A DNA stretch of 64,000 bases from Nitrosopumilus sp. Its GTDB lineage: Archaea > Thermoproteota > Nitrososphaeria > Nitrososphaerales > Nitrosopumilaceae. The stretch spans positions 576,001 to 640,000 of the forward strand of contig OZ244650.1 in assembly GCA_965218785.1 (NCBI GenBank). The letters are read 5' to 3'. Positions 29,915-39,899 of the stretch are shown piece by piece. The notes beneath the pieces are model-generated. The model was not told the origin of the DNA, did not search any database, and saw nothing but the letters and a program-made list of their open reading frames with translations. Numbering within the stretch: position 1 is the stretch's first letter; every line of letters starts with the position of its first letter. A program made the translations under genes and the position numbers.

Positions 29915-30991
29915 ATGAAATCCGTCCAGATCCCAAATCCTAATGAGCCCCTTACGATATCCGAATCTGAGACTCCAATACCCCGAGGAAACCAGGTCCT
30001 AGTTAAAGTAAGATCTGTGGGTGTATGTCACAGTGATTTGCACTTGTGGGAGGGCGGATATGATCTTGGCGATGGTCAAATAATGAAAGTCACAGACCGG
30101 GGTGTAAAATACCCGGTAACTCCGGGACATGAAATTGTCGGAACCGTCGAGAAGATCGGCGATGGCGTTTCTGGAACATCGATAGGAGACGAGGTTTTGG
30201 TTTTTCCTTGGATTGGCTGTGGGGAGTGCCCTGCATGTATGGAAGGAGATGAGAACCTGTGTGATACTCCAAAATCAATGGGTGTTTTTCAAGACGGCGG
30301 CTATTCTGATTACACCCTAGTTCCCCATTTCAAATATCTGGCAAAACTTGACGGCGTTGATCCTGATGCTGCAACCTCGCTTGCCTGCTCTGGACTCACT
30401 GCATATAATGCAGTAAAGAAAGCAAACATGCATTCACCAGAATACCTGGTGATAGTGGGAGCCGGCGGTCTGGGATTGATGGCAATTCAGATTGCAAAGG
30501 CAATAACAAAGGCCAAAATCATATGCATTGACAATGATGATAAAAAATTTGACACTGCAAAAAAGATGGGCGCTGACTTTGTTGTAAACACCAGCGTCAC
30601 TGGTTCCATATCCACCGGAGTCGGAAGTCCTACAGATAAAATAATCTCCATCTGTAACGGCAAGGGCGCAGACAGCGTAATTGATTTTGTAAATGCGCCT
30701 CAAACCGTAAAGGTCGGTCTGGGGTCTTTACGTAAAAGGGGAAACCTGGTACTTGTTGGTCTTTTTGGCGGATCTCTGGAATTATCCCTTGTAACAATCC
30801 CACTCAAATCCATTACCATTCGTGGCGTATACACTGGAAATTACAGCGACATGGTCGAACTTCTTGATCTTGCAAGAAAGGGAATCATTAATCCGGTCAT
30901 TTCAAAAAAATACACACTTGATGAGGCAAGCAACGCCTTGGAGGATCTCAGGGCACGAAAAATTATCGGCCGTGCCGTGATCAATCCATGA
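29915..30991 (+). CDS. Zinc-dependent alcohol dehydrogenase
   Basis: GVCHSD, GHE, CGECPAC..C, GAGGLG; start placed at ATG 29915. Confidence 0.95.
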   Translation: MKSVQIPNPNEPLTISESETPIPRGNQVLVKVRSVGVCHSDLHLWEGGYDLGDGQIMKVTDRGVKYPVTPGHEIVGTVEKIGDGVSGTSIGDEVLVFPWIGCGECPACMEGDENLCDTPKSMGVFQDGGYSDYTLVPHFKYLAKLDGVDPDAATSLACSGLTAYNAVKKANMHSPEYLVIVGAGGLGLMAIQIAKAITKAKIICIDNDDKKFDTAKKMGADFVVNTSVTGSISTGVGSPTDKIISICNGKGADSVIDFVNAPQTVKVGLGSLRKRGNLVLVGLFGGSLELSLVTIPLKSITIRGVYTGNYSDMVELLDLARKGIINPVISKKYTLDEASNALEDLRARKIIGRAVINP

Positions 30992-31038
30992 TTTACCACG
31001 CCGGCTAAACTCTAATGCATTTTTGATTCATGTAGAAT

Positions 31039-31614
31039 CTAGTTTGTGATTTGATCATCTAAAATCCATCCCGATTTTAAAATTCCTTGATCTTCTTGTT
31101 CGCCAATTCCTGTTGCAAACCTCCAGATAAACGGCGCATCAGTGCTCATCTTCTCCTTGATTTTTAAAAGCGATTCCATTTCAGAATTTAGATTCTCATC
31201 TGCGGCTCCGTGTTCCTTGCAAAATTTACATTTTTCATCAAATGTAATCGGATCTATTTGGATTAATGGAAACGTCATACATGCAAGCGGTCTTTCACTG
31301 TAAATTTTACATGGAAATCCGCCATGTGGTGATTTGTTTCCGCTGTCAGTATCCAGGAAAGGACATGTATTCCCATTCTTCTCGATTCCCATCATCTGAT
31401 ATGCCAAAATTTTCGTCGGGATTGAATTCTTATCCTCGGAGATCCCGATTCTTGGCAGTATTTTGATCTTTATCCCATTGGTTTTTGCCAATTTCTCGAT
31501 TCTTTCTTTTTCTTCAGGAAGGATTAACACTCCTATTTTTCCAAATTTTTTACTGGGATAATACTCTCTTTCAATACAGCACTGTGCGCATTCTTTTATG
31601 CATCTAAATTCCAC
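31039..31614 (-). CDS. YkgJ-family CxxCxxCC cysteine-cluster protein
   Basis: CIKECAQCC, CPFL, CKIYSERPLACMTFP motifs. Confidence 0.9.
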   Translation of the reverse strand: MEFRCIKECAQCCIEREYYPSKKFGKIGVLILPEEKERIEKLAKTNGIKIKILPRIGISEDKNSIPTKILAYQMMGIEKNGNTCPFLDTDSGNKSPHGGFPCKIYSERPLACMTFPLIQIDPITFDEKCKFCKEHGAADENLNSEMESLLKIKEKMSTDAPFIWRFATGIGEQEDQGILKSGWILDDQITN

Positions 31615-31720
31615 AAACTGGTTTTAATCATAATGAATAAAATCTCTTGTGTTTGGTTTTATCTGGCATTTCCATCTCAAAAACCCTATCAGTTATATGC
31701 TCAGAATAGCAATGAAAATC

Positions 31721-32032
31721 ATGGGCAAACGCCAAGTAAAAAATGAAAGTGCTCTAAAAGAGATTCGTTTGCCTGAAGAAGGCGAACTGTTTGGCCGTGT
31801 TTTGAAGATGCTTGGGGGCGAAAATGTCATGATAAAATGTGCCGATAATATTACAAGACGGGGCAGAATCAGGGGAAAACTCAAGAGAAGAGTCTGGATT
31901 CGAGATAATGATATTGTAATCATTGCCCCCTGGGAATTTAAAAGCGATGAGCGTGGTGATATAATCTGGAGGTTTACACTGCCCCAGGTTACATGGTTAA
32001 AAGAGAATAAACACATTCCTAAGGACTTTTAG
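31721..32032 (+). CDS. eif1a: Translation initiation factor aIF-1A
   Basis: GRIRGKLKRRVWIRDNDIVIIAPW motif. Confidence 0.96.
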   Translation: MGKRQVKNESALKEIRLPEEGELFGRVLKMLGGENVMIKCADNITRRGRIRGKLKRRVWIRDNDIVIIAPWEFKSDERGDIIWRFTLPQVTWLKENKHIPKDF

Positions 32033-32097
32033 TCCTGACTCTGAATGACTGTTTTTGACATCTAACTTAATATAGTGAATAATTGTTGCAAAAACAA

Positions 32098-32289
32098 ATG
32101 GAACAAGGTACCGTAAAATGGTTTAACCGTACTAAGGGCTTTGGTTTTATTGAAAGAGAGGGTGGAGACGATCTGTTTGTACATAAGACAGATGTTGACG
32201 GATTCATCAACGAAGGCGATAAAGTCGAGTTTGAAGTAGGCGAAGGTAAAAAAGGACCAGCAGCACAAAAAGTCAAAAAATCAGAGTAG
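32098..32289 (+). CDS. csp: Cold-shock protein
   Basis: GTVKWFN..KGFGFI and DLFVH (RNP1/RNP2). Confidence 0.97.
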   Translation: MEQGTVKWFNRTKGFGFIEREGGDDLFVHKTDVDGFINEGDKVEFEVGEGKKGPAAQKVKKSE

Positions 32290-32521
32290 GCAATGAATTT
32301 TTTAATTTAAGAGTTAAATTTTATTATCTTAAATCAGTCTATCTTTTTATTATTTTTATAAATTAAAATTCAAGATTTTCATGTCTCATATTAAATTCTT
32401 TAATTCGTACTGCAGATACAAATAGTTGAGATATCCGTTGGGTTCTTTGGTAAAATCGGGGTTTCACTAAACCTTTTATCCAAAACTGACAAGGAATAGA
32501 AAAGGAGATGGCTGAGAAGGC

Positions 32522-33870
32522 GTGCAAAAAATGAGTGCAAAAATAATAATTGTAATCGCAATAGTCGTTTTGGCAATAGTTACCGCAGGAATAGCGTATT
32601 CAGTTGGTCTTGATCAGCCGCCCAGGATCAACAGACAGTCTCCCTTTATAGATGTGGCCGTGCCATACGATACAGACTATACAGCAATCATAGATGCTGC
32701 TGTTCACACCACCGATACGACCATACCTGAGAGCGTGTCTCAATCAAACAACGCTTTTACCATCGACTTTTACAGGCAGGTATCAAGTGAACTTGATGCT
32801 GACTCGAACATATTCTTCTCACCTACAAGCATGTACATGGCATTTTCCCTCCTGTACGAGGGTGCAAAACAAAACACGGCCGAGGAGATACAGCAGGTAT
32901 TCGGATTTGAGCCTGATGAAACGATGCGCCATAACGACACGGCACATGCAATATCCTCCATAAACCGTGACGATCCGCATGCCACGCTTGCCATGGCAAA
33001 CGCGCTGTGGCTTGCCGACTGGTTTGAGCCGTATGACTCTTACCTTGATGTCGGGCGCCAGACATATCTTGCTGGCATTAAGACAGTCAGCTTTACTAAA
33101 CCCGTAGAAGAGCCGGAGGTGTCAAGCAGATAAATGACTGGGCATCAGATAACACAAACGGCAAGATTCCAAAGGTCATTGGAAAGGAGAGTGTAGACGG
33201 CGCAACTGCCATGGCAATTACCAATGCAATTTACTTCAAGGGTACGTGGCTGACGCAGTTTGATCCCGAGAATACAAAAGAATCTGACTTTTGGACTAGC
33301 GAATCAAAAAACACCACTGCCAATTTTATGGCAAACAATGCTGTATTTCACTATACAAAGTCACATGGTGCACAGGTGCTCAAGATACCATATGATGGTG
33401 ACAGGCTCTCCATGCTAGTCATTTTACCCGAGGATAGACATGGAATCGATACGCTAGAGAAATCGCTGACACAGGAGATGATAGAGGGATGGCAGCAGAA
33501 CATGCACTCTACAGATGTACTAGTAGAGATGCCAAAGTTCAAGATGAGTACGCATTATGACCTTAAAAAACACCTAAAAAACCTCGGAATAAACGATGTC
33601 TTTGTTCCAGGAACATCAGATCTATCCGGTATTGCATATGTGGGTGACAGGAATCTGTATGTATCTAAAGCCAATCAGGTTGCATTTGTAGATGTAAACG
33701 AGGAGGGAACAGAGGCCGCCGCCGTCACAACCGGCACGCTGAGTATGACAACACTCTCACACCCATCACCACCACGATTCATTGCAGACCACCCATTCAT
33801 ATTCATAATACAGGACGATGAGAGCGGTGCAATCCTGTTCATGGGACGGCTCTCTGATCCCAGTTCCTGA
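32522..33870 (+). pseudogene. Secreted or membrane-anchored serpin, split by one frameshift at ~33100-33130
   Basis: N-terminal hydrophobic anchor, NIFFSP; the alternate frame continues INDWASDNTNGKI, NAIYFKG, EEGTEAAA, FIADHPF, ILFMGR. Confidence 0.9.
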
Positions 33871-34254
33871 TGACATATCTGGAATCTGTCAACGGGAGAT
33901 ATTCAATAACGCAATAAAACGTAATAGGGAAATCATAAACCAGAAAACACTGAAAATACTAAAACCCAATTAAGATAATGCTAAAATGAATACATTAGAA
34001 ATTAACTTTAGCAATTGCGGGAAGATGCAACTTTATGATGAAAACCCGTATTACAAAATAGCCACAAAATATGAAAGAAATCACAAAATAAATTCCCGCA
34101 TTTTTAATCCCATTTCAAATTCATCCTGTGATTTGATCGCATCTCTGAATGCCCGATCTATCTTTAAGATTTTGAATATTGGTTTTTGGATGCTGTCTTT
34201 TTGTGACTGCTTATCTCTCAGATCTGGCATATGGGAGTTGAATTTAATTGTGAA

Positions 34255-34378
34255 TCCCGCGGGGCGGAGTTGAACCACCGACAACCCGGTTTCTGTATGC
34301 CTGATATGCTGCTATTTGATCAGCCATCTAAAGCCAACAACTACAGCCGGAAGCTCTACCAGGCTGAGCTACCACGGG
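34255..34378 (-). tRNA. tRNA-Tyr(GTA) with a 50-nt intron at 37/38 (34291-34340)
   Basis: CCCGTGG/CCGCGGG acceptor stem, TAGCTCAGCCTGGTAGAGC D-arm, CTGTAG loop; intron 3' ACAG pairs with CTGT (bulge-helix-bulge). Confidence 0.95.
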
Positions 34379-34485
34379 ACAAGGAAAACAAAGATCCATG
34401 CCATTAAAAAACTATCGTAGGTGCCTTCCCACAGTTGATCGTGGGATTCGTATAAGCATAAATACCTTCAAAAGTTTTTGTAGCT

Positions 34486-35100
34486 TTGATGTCTGAACTA
34501 AAACTCTCCTATTCTGGTTATGTTTGCGCCCCATATCTGCATACGCATGAATCAGTTGAGATAAAAGAGTCCTGGATTAATTCAAAAAATATCGAGAAAT
34601 TATTTTTTGTTACAGGCACGTTTTCTAATGAAAGCAAACCCTACTTTTCTGATTCTACCAACCATTACCTTCTAGCCAAATACAGGGACAGTGAAGAGAT
34701 CTTCAAAGACCTTTCTGTGCATAATCAATGCAAAACATCCTTTGTTTTTAACGTAAAAGACGATCTCTTCCAAAGAGAGGTTGAAGATCAAACCAATTTT
34801 GTCTCAGTATACTATGTCGAATACGGGGAAGATGACGATGATCTGCAAGAAATCGCAAACCTTCTACTAAAAAGAGAAAAGATTGCAAAAGCCGGACTGG
34901 GAAACATGGATACTTTTTGCCTGACTCCCTCAAAATTCACGTTTCCATACTCTGAAAACATCGTAGTCATTGAAGTCGCAAGCGAAAAGAGCCATCAAAG
35001 TGTAAAGAAATATTGCGAGCAAACACGACGTGATGTCAACCGAAAAGGGTTGACAATGACTAACTTGATGAGTCTCTCAATCCTTGATCAACTAAAGTAG
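34486..35100 (+). CDS. Hypothetical protein
   Basis: Long ORF filling the gap; no recognised motif. Confidence 0.75.
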   Translation: MMSELKLSYSGYVCAPYLHTHESVEIKESWINSKNIEKLFFVTGTFSNESKPYFSDSTNHYLLAKYRDSEEIFKDLSVHNQCKTSFVFNVKDDLFQREVEDQTNFVSVYYVEYGEDDDDLQEIANLLLKREKIAKAGLGNMDTFCLTPSKFTFPYSENIVVIEVASEKSHQSVKKYCEQTRRDVNRKGLTMTNLMSLSILDQLK

Positions 35101-35134
35101 AAAAGTTAAATATTCGACGAAAAACTGTTTTTTC

Positions 35135-35545
35135 ATGAGCAAACCCTCTGATCTTGGTTCTTTGAAAATAGGTTCTTACATTCTGCTGCCACACTCCGAT
35201 CAACCAAGCGGTGAACCATGTAGAATTACAGAATATGATACATCAAAACCAGGAAAGCACGGTGCGGCCAAAGCCCGAATCGTCGGTGAGGGAATATTTG
35301 ATGGACAAAAAAGACCGCACGTGGGACCTGTCAGCATGCAAATCCACATTCCAATGATTAACAAAAAACTAGGCCAGATAATCTCCATAAACGGAGACAC
35401 GGTTCAGGTCATGGACTCTGAAACTTTTGAAACAATTGACGTATCCCTGATTGATGATGAAGTTAAAGGCAAGCTAGAAAATGGTCAAAATGTAGAGTAT
35501 TGGGTTGTAATGGATAAAACTAAAATCATGCGTATTAAGAGCTGA
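35135..35545 (+). CDS. eif5a: Translation factor aIF-5A
   Basis: SKPGKHGAAKAR hypusine motif. Confidence 0.97.
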   Translation: MSKPSDLGSLKIGSYILLPHSDQPSGEPCRITEYDTSKPGKHGAAKARIVGEGIFDGQKRPHVGPVSMQIHIPMINKKLGQIISINGDTVQVMDSETFETIDVSLIDDEVKGKLENGQNVEYWVVMDKTKIMRIKS

Positions 35546-35548
35546 TAT

Positions 35549-35611
35549 GATGCTGATGATGAATGGAAAAGCCGTCTGATTTTTGATGAGGATTATGAGT
35601 AATGAGGCATC
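35549..35611 (+). ncRNA. Box C/D guide sRNA (D guide complementary to the tRNA-Met anticodon arm)
   Basis: Terminal stem GATGCT/GGCATC; C box ATGATGA 35556, D' CTGA 35576, C' TGATGA 35584, D ATGA 35602; 13- and 12-nt guides; followed by a T-run. Confidence 0.85.
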
Positions 35612-35660
35612 TTTTTTCAACAAATTTCAAAGGTTTGTTGAATCAAAATTTTTTTAGATC

Positions 35661-36350
35661 ATGAATCTGGGCTCTCTTTTTTCAGGTGGAAAAGATAGCA
35701 CGTGTGCAATCTATCTGGCACAAAAACAGGGACATGATGTAACATGTCTTCTAAGTGTCTTTACAAAATCCGAAGAAAGTCATTTGCTGCACCATCCAAA
35801 TTTACAATGGACAAAACTACAGTCAGAATCAATGAAAATTCCCCAACTAACCATCGACTCTCATTCTGATGAGACTGATGATGAATTATCACTGCTTGAA
35901 GATTTGATTCAAGATGCCAAGGAACAATTCCATATCGAGGGGCTAGTTCATGGTGGAATTAAAAGCCGATTTCAAAAGGAAAAATTTCAAGCCCTTTGTT
36001 CAAAACTAAATTTGGTGGCAGTCTCCCCATTGTGGGATGCTGATCCAAAACAATACATGAATGATCTGCTTGATTCAAACTTTGATTTTATAATGACGAC
36101 TGTCTCCTCTGATGGTCTGGATGACGCATGGCTTGGCAGAGTCATTTCACGATCTAATCTTGATACCTTGCAATCCCTGTCTGAGAAATTCGGCTTTAAC
36201 CTGGATTTCGAAGGGGGGGAGGCAGAAACGTTTGTGATTGACTGTCCCCTCTTTTCAAATCCGATCAAAATTAACCGTGCCAATAAGACATGGGATGGAT
36301 ATAGAGGAAGGTTTGAAATAGTGGATGCGGAATTGAACTATAATGCTTGA
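35661..36350 (+). CDS. dph6: Diphthine--ammonia ligase
   Basis: SGGKDS PP-loop, PLW, EGGEAETFVIDCPLF motifs. Confidence 0.9.
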   Translation: MNLGSLFSGGKDSTCAIYLAQKQGHDVTCLLSVFTKSEESHLLHHPNLQWTKLQSESMKIPQLTIDSHSDETDDELSLLEDLIQDAKEQFHIEGLVHGGIKSRFQKEKFQALCSKLNLVAVSPLWDADPKQYMNDLLDSNFDFIMTTVSSDGLDDAWLGRVISRSNLDTLQSLSEKFGFNLDFEGGEAETFVIDCPLFSNPIKINRANKTWDGYRGRFEIVDAELNYNA

Positions 36351-37668
36351 TGGATTAAAGGACAACCTGGGCGCCGCACTCAAAAAAATTCTCAAATCCT
36401 CGGGCATAGATGAGGATCTTATAAAAGAACTCTCCCGTGATGTTCAAAGGGCACTGATAAATTCTGACGTAGATGTTGAACTGGTTTTGAAGGTTACAGA
36501 CCAACTCACAGAGCGTGCATTAAATGAAACCCCCCCTCCCGGACTGTCACGTAAAAACCATATCGTGAACATACTATATGATGAACTCTCCAAATTAATG
36601 GGAAATGAATCTGATTTTGACTTTAAATCTGGAAAACAAAACAAGATAGTCCTGCTTGGAATCCAGGGAAGTGGTAAAACCACGGTCACATCAAAACTTG
36701 CCAGATTCTTGACAAAACAGGGATATGCAGTCGGGGTCGTAGGTGCTGATACCTATAGACCAGGAGCACTAGTGCAGCTTAAAACCATGTGTGAAAAATC
36801 AAACGTTGAAGTTTATGGTGAAGAAAATAACAAGGATTCGCCTAGTATTGTAAAAAACGGGTTGAAACATTTCGGAGGCCAGCCCTTGGATGTTGTCTTG
36901 ATTGATACTGCCGGCCGTCACAAGGAGGAGCAAGACCTGCTAGAGGAAATGTCTAGAATTAACAAGGCTGCCGAACCGGATCTGGCATTACTTGTAATTG
37001 ATGCGACTATAGGACAGCAGTGCTATAGCCAGGCAGCGGCATTTCATAAAACCATTCCAGTAGGCGGTGTCATCATTACAAAATTGGATAGCTCTGCAAA
37101 GGGCGGAGGCGCACTTGCGGCATCCACTGCTACTGGCGCACAAATAATGTACATTGGTACAGGTGAACGAGTTGATGATTTGGAAAAATTCTCCCCAACC
37201 CGATTTGTTGGACGGCTACTTGGAATGGGCGACATTCAAACAGTACTGGATTTGGCCAAACGACTAGAAGATGAAGGGGATGGCGTACGAATGAAAAGAA
37301 TTTCTAGTGGAAAAATGAGCATGGATGATTTCTTTTATCAGTTAGAAGAGGTTACCAAGGTCGGTTCATTAAAAGGCATTCTTGAGAGCATGCCCGGTCT
37401 CTCAGGAATGGTAAAAGATGATCAGCTAGATCAAATGGAGGGAAGAGTTGAGAAATGGCGCTATATCATTCAGAGTATGACCAAAGATGAAAAAACAGAT
37501 CCTACCCTGATTCGTCAGTCGAGAATCAAAAGAATCGCCCGGGGTTCTGGCTGGCCAGAAGGTGAAGTCAAGGAACTGCTCAAAAATTACACACAATCTA
37601 AGAACATGATGAAGGCTTCAAAGGGGCGTCAGATGCAAGGCACTCTTAGAAAAATGGGCCTGGGATAA
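36343..37668 (+). CDS. srp54: Signal recognition particle protein SRP54
   Basis: GIQGSGKTT, DTAGRH, TKLD motifs and M-domain. Confidence 0.97.
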   Translation: MLDGLKDNLGAALKKILKSSGIDEDLIKELSRDVQRALINSDVDVELVLKVTDQLTERALNETPPPGLSRKNHIVNILYDELSKLMGNESDFDFKSGKQNKIVLLGIQGSGKTTVTSKLARFLTKQGYAVGVVGADTYRPGALVQLKTMCEKSNVEVYGEENNKDSPSIVKNGLKHFGGQPLDVVLIDTAGRHKEEQDLLEEMSRINKAAEPDLALLVIDATIGQQCYSQAAAFHKTIPVGGVIITKLDSSAKGGGALAASTATGAQIMYIGTGERVDDLEKFSPTRFVGRLLGMGDIQTVLDLAKRLEDEGDGVRMKRISSGKMSMDDFFYQLEEVTKVGSLKGILESMPGLSGMVKDDQLDQMEGRVEKWRYIIQSMTKDEKTDPTLIRQSRIKRIARGSGWPEGEVKELLKNYTQSKNMMKASKGRQMQGTLRKMGLG

Positions 37669-37690
37669 TCTCACAGAATTATTTTCTGAC

Positions 37691-38836
37691 ATGTCTGATT
37701 ATCAAGAAATCACCTCCATTACAAATCAGATCCTGCAAAAACACGAATTATGTGATCAGTGTTTGGGCAGATTATTCTCAAAACAACTACACCTTTCATC
37801 CAACAGACTTCTTGGCAAAAAACTCAGGAAAAATCCAAACCTTTCTCAAAAATGCCATATCTGTAAAAATCTATTTGAGAACCTAGGTCATTTTTTAAAA
37901 TTAATGCTTGATGCCTCGTCGGACTATTCTTTTTCATCATTTAGCATTGGCGCAATCATCAAACCGTCCATTGTCGATAGGGATGATTACATCCGTTCAA
38001 AATACAAATTAAGAGGAATTGACGGCATAAAGACGGACATCACAAAAGAATTGGGAAAATTCTTTTCAAGAAAAACAAAAAAGTCAGTTGATTTTTTGGA
38101 TCCTGATCTGACTTTTACCATAAATCTCAAGGACGAATCATGTCAGTTACGTTCAAAATCAATAACCCTTTCTGGACGATATGTCAAAACTTTGAAAGGC
38201 ATGCCACAAAAGCAGAAATCCTGTTTGAACTGTCTTGGAAAGGGATGTCGAGTCTGCAGCTTTCATGGAATCTCGGAATTTGACAGCATTGAAGGAATCA
38301 TCTCCAAATTTCTTTTTGAAAAATTCGGCGGAACCACTGCTAAATTCACATGGATTGGAGGCGAGGATAAATCTAGCCTGGTTTTAGGTAGTGGCAGACC
38401 GTTTTTTGTCAAGATTCAGAATCCACTGGCAAGAAATTTGAGATTATCTTCTAAAAAATTTGATTCACTTAAAATCACCAATCTTAAGACGGTTTTAGAA
38501 TCCCCCAAAAAACCTCTCAAATTTGCCTCGTTAATGGATGTGAAGATATCTGCAGAATCCAAAATTGACTCAAAAAATCTGCAAAAATTAAAGGATCTTC
38601 AGAAACACACAATCGTCGTATATGAAAAATCCGGAAAACGCTCTGAAAAGAAGATCTTTTCTATAAAATACAAAAAGAATTCTGAGCATGCATTTACCAT
38701 GTTTGTCAAAACCGAGGGAGGCCTTCCAATAAGGCGATTTGTAAACGGTGATGACGTATCTCCGAGTGTCTCTAAAGTCCTTGGCATTCCTTGCAAGTGC
38801 CAAGACTTTGATTTTCTCGATATTGAGATAAAATGA
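37691..38836 (+). CDS. pus10: Pus10-like tRNA pseudouridine synthase with a divergent active site
   Basis: LCDQCLGR Zn site, GRYVK, GGED..LGSGRPF, DFLDI; follows srp54. Confidence 0.82.
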   Translation: MSDYQEITSITNQILQKHELCDQCLGRLFSKQLHLSSNRLLGKKLRKNPNLSQKCHICKNLFENLGHFLKLMLDASSDYSFSSFSIGAIIKPSIVDRDDYIRSKYKLRGIDGIKTDITKELGKFFSRKTKKSVDFLDPDLTFTINLKDESCQLRSKSITLSGRYVKTLKGMPQKQKSCLNCLGKGCRVCSFHGISEFDSIEGIISKFLFEKFGGTTAKFTWIGGEDKSSLVLGSGRPFFVKIQNPLARNLRLSSKKFDSLKITNLKTVLESPKKPLKFASLMDVKISAESKIDSKNLQKLKDLQKHTIVVYEKSGKRSEKKIFSIKYKKNSEHAFTMFVKTEGGLPIRRFVNGDDVSPSVSKVLGIPCKCQDFDFLDIEIK

Positions 38837-39004
38837 TAACAATTAACTAGCACTAAATATCAAAGATAACATGCCAATTAGAAAAAAAGGTAAACATCAA
38901 AGACACGCTGATCAAAGGGCTCAAACCCGCAAAAAAAAGAAATCCGGAAAACCACGATCTTAATTAAATCAACCTTTTTACATTCATAATTATCGAGGTA
39001 AATC

Positions 39005-39712
39005 GTGGATCCGCTAATACGCCTCAAGGACGCACACACTAAAGGGCTAATTCCTGACGACGTGTTTGATCTTGCCATGAAACGTTTTCCAATTACTGTT
39101 GATGGGATAAACCGAATTGAGAAGGCATCTGGAATTCAATACCCTGTCGCATACGTTGAACCATCACTGGTACTTTCTTCTCCACACCCAAATTCATATG
39201 AATACGGTATCTTGTTTGCAAGAACGCTTCCTGTGATGTTTGAAGAACAGTTTCAGGTTGTGATTCAGATTTCGGCCCCACTTGTTGCCTATGGACTCAA
39301 GGGGACAATTCATGCAATTCTGGCACATGAATTTTTACATTTTCTAGAATTAATAAGAAAAATCTCAAAAATGGAATTACTATCTGACGAGATTTCCGGC
39401 AATCTATTTGAAAACGTCTACAGTGATGAAACTAGATTGTTTGAACCCCGAGTTGTTTTCAAAGATCGAACTTTGTTAAACCACATTACCAAGAAATTCC
39501 CTGCCGGGTTTCGTGATTACAAGCTTGAAGACAAGGCCGTAAAATTTTGGGCCGACAAAAATCTTCCCAAGACCAACATCGCTTTGGATAGCAACACTGT
39601 AAAACTATCTGCAGAATCCCTTTCTAAAATTAAATTAGATCCTAAATTTATTTCAAAAATTGAAGAGTTGGAAAAAAAGAGTTCAAAAATTCATAAAAAA
39701 AGATTGTACTAG
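39005..39712 (+). CDS. Hypothetical protein with a HExxH zincin-like motif
   Basis: ILAHEFLH. Confidence 0.75.
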   Translation: MDPLIRLKDAHTKGLIPDDVFDLAMKRFPITVDGINRIEKASGIQYPVAYVEPSLVLSSPHPNSYEYGILFARTLPVMFEEQFQVVIQISAPLVAYGLKGTIHAILAHEFLHFLELIRKISKMELLSDEISGNLFENVYSDETRLFEPRVVFKDRTLLNHITKKFPAGFRDYKLEDKAVKFWADKNLPKTNIALDSNTVKLSAESLSKIKLDPKFISKIEELEKKSSKIHKKRLY

Positions 39713-39725
39713 TTTAATTAATTTG

Positions 39726-39899
39726 TCATTGATTATATTCTGTCAATCCACATTTTCCACAAGTTTGTCTGTCCTTGTGTTTTGACATAAACACGCCTTT
39801 TCCGCATCTTGAACAGTCCTTTCTGTCTCTTGAAATTTTGTCTCCATCAACTTTGTAATATGAATAAACACTTGGGCTAGAGCCTTTCTTGCCTGCCAT
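39726..39899 (-). CDS. rps27ae: 30S ribosomal protein S27ae (57 aa; absent from the ORF track)
   Basis: Translated by hand: [57 protein letters not shown]; TAATG overlap with rps24e. Confidence 0.96.
   Translation of the reverse strand: MAGKKGSSPSVYSYYKVDGDKISRDRKDCSRCGKGVFMSKHKDRQTCGKCGLTEYNQ

Noticed and set aside
33095-33105. Programmed -1 frameshift in the serpin at AAACCCG
   Set aside because: The heptamer is not phased as X XXY YYZ in the upstream reading frame
32300-34260. tRNA-Tyr-integrated element carrying the serpin
   Set aside because: No duplicated tRNA 3' end (att site) and no integrase found
33986-34284. ORFs 33986-34273 (+) and 34081-34284 (-)
   Set aside because: Both overlap tRNA-Tyr and have no motifs; at most a decayed fragment
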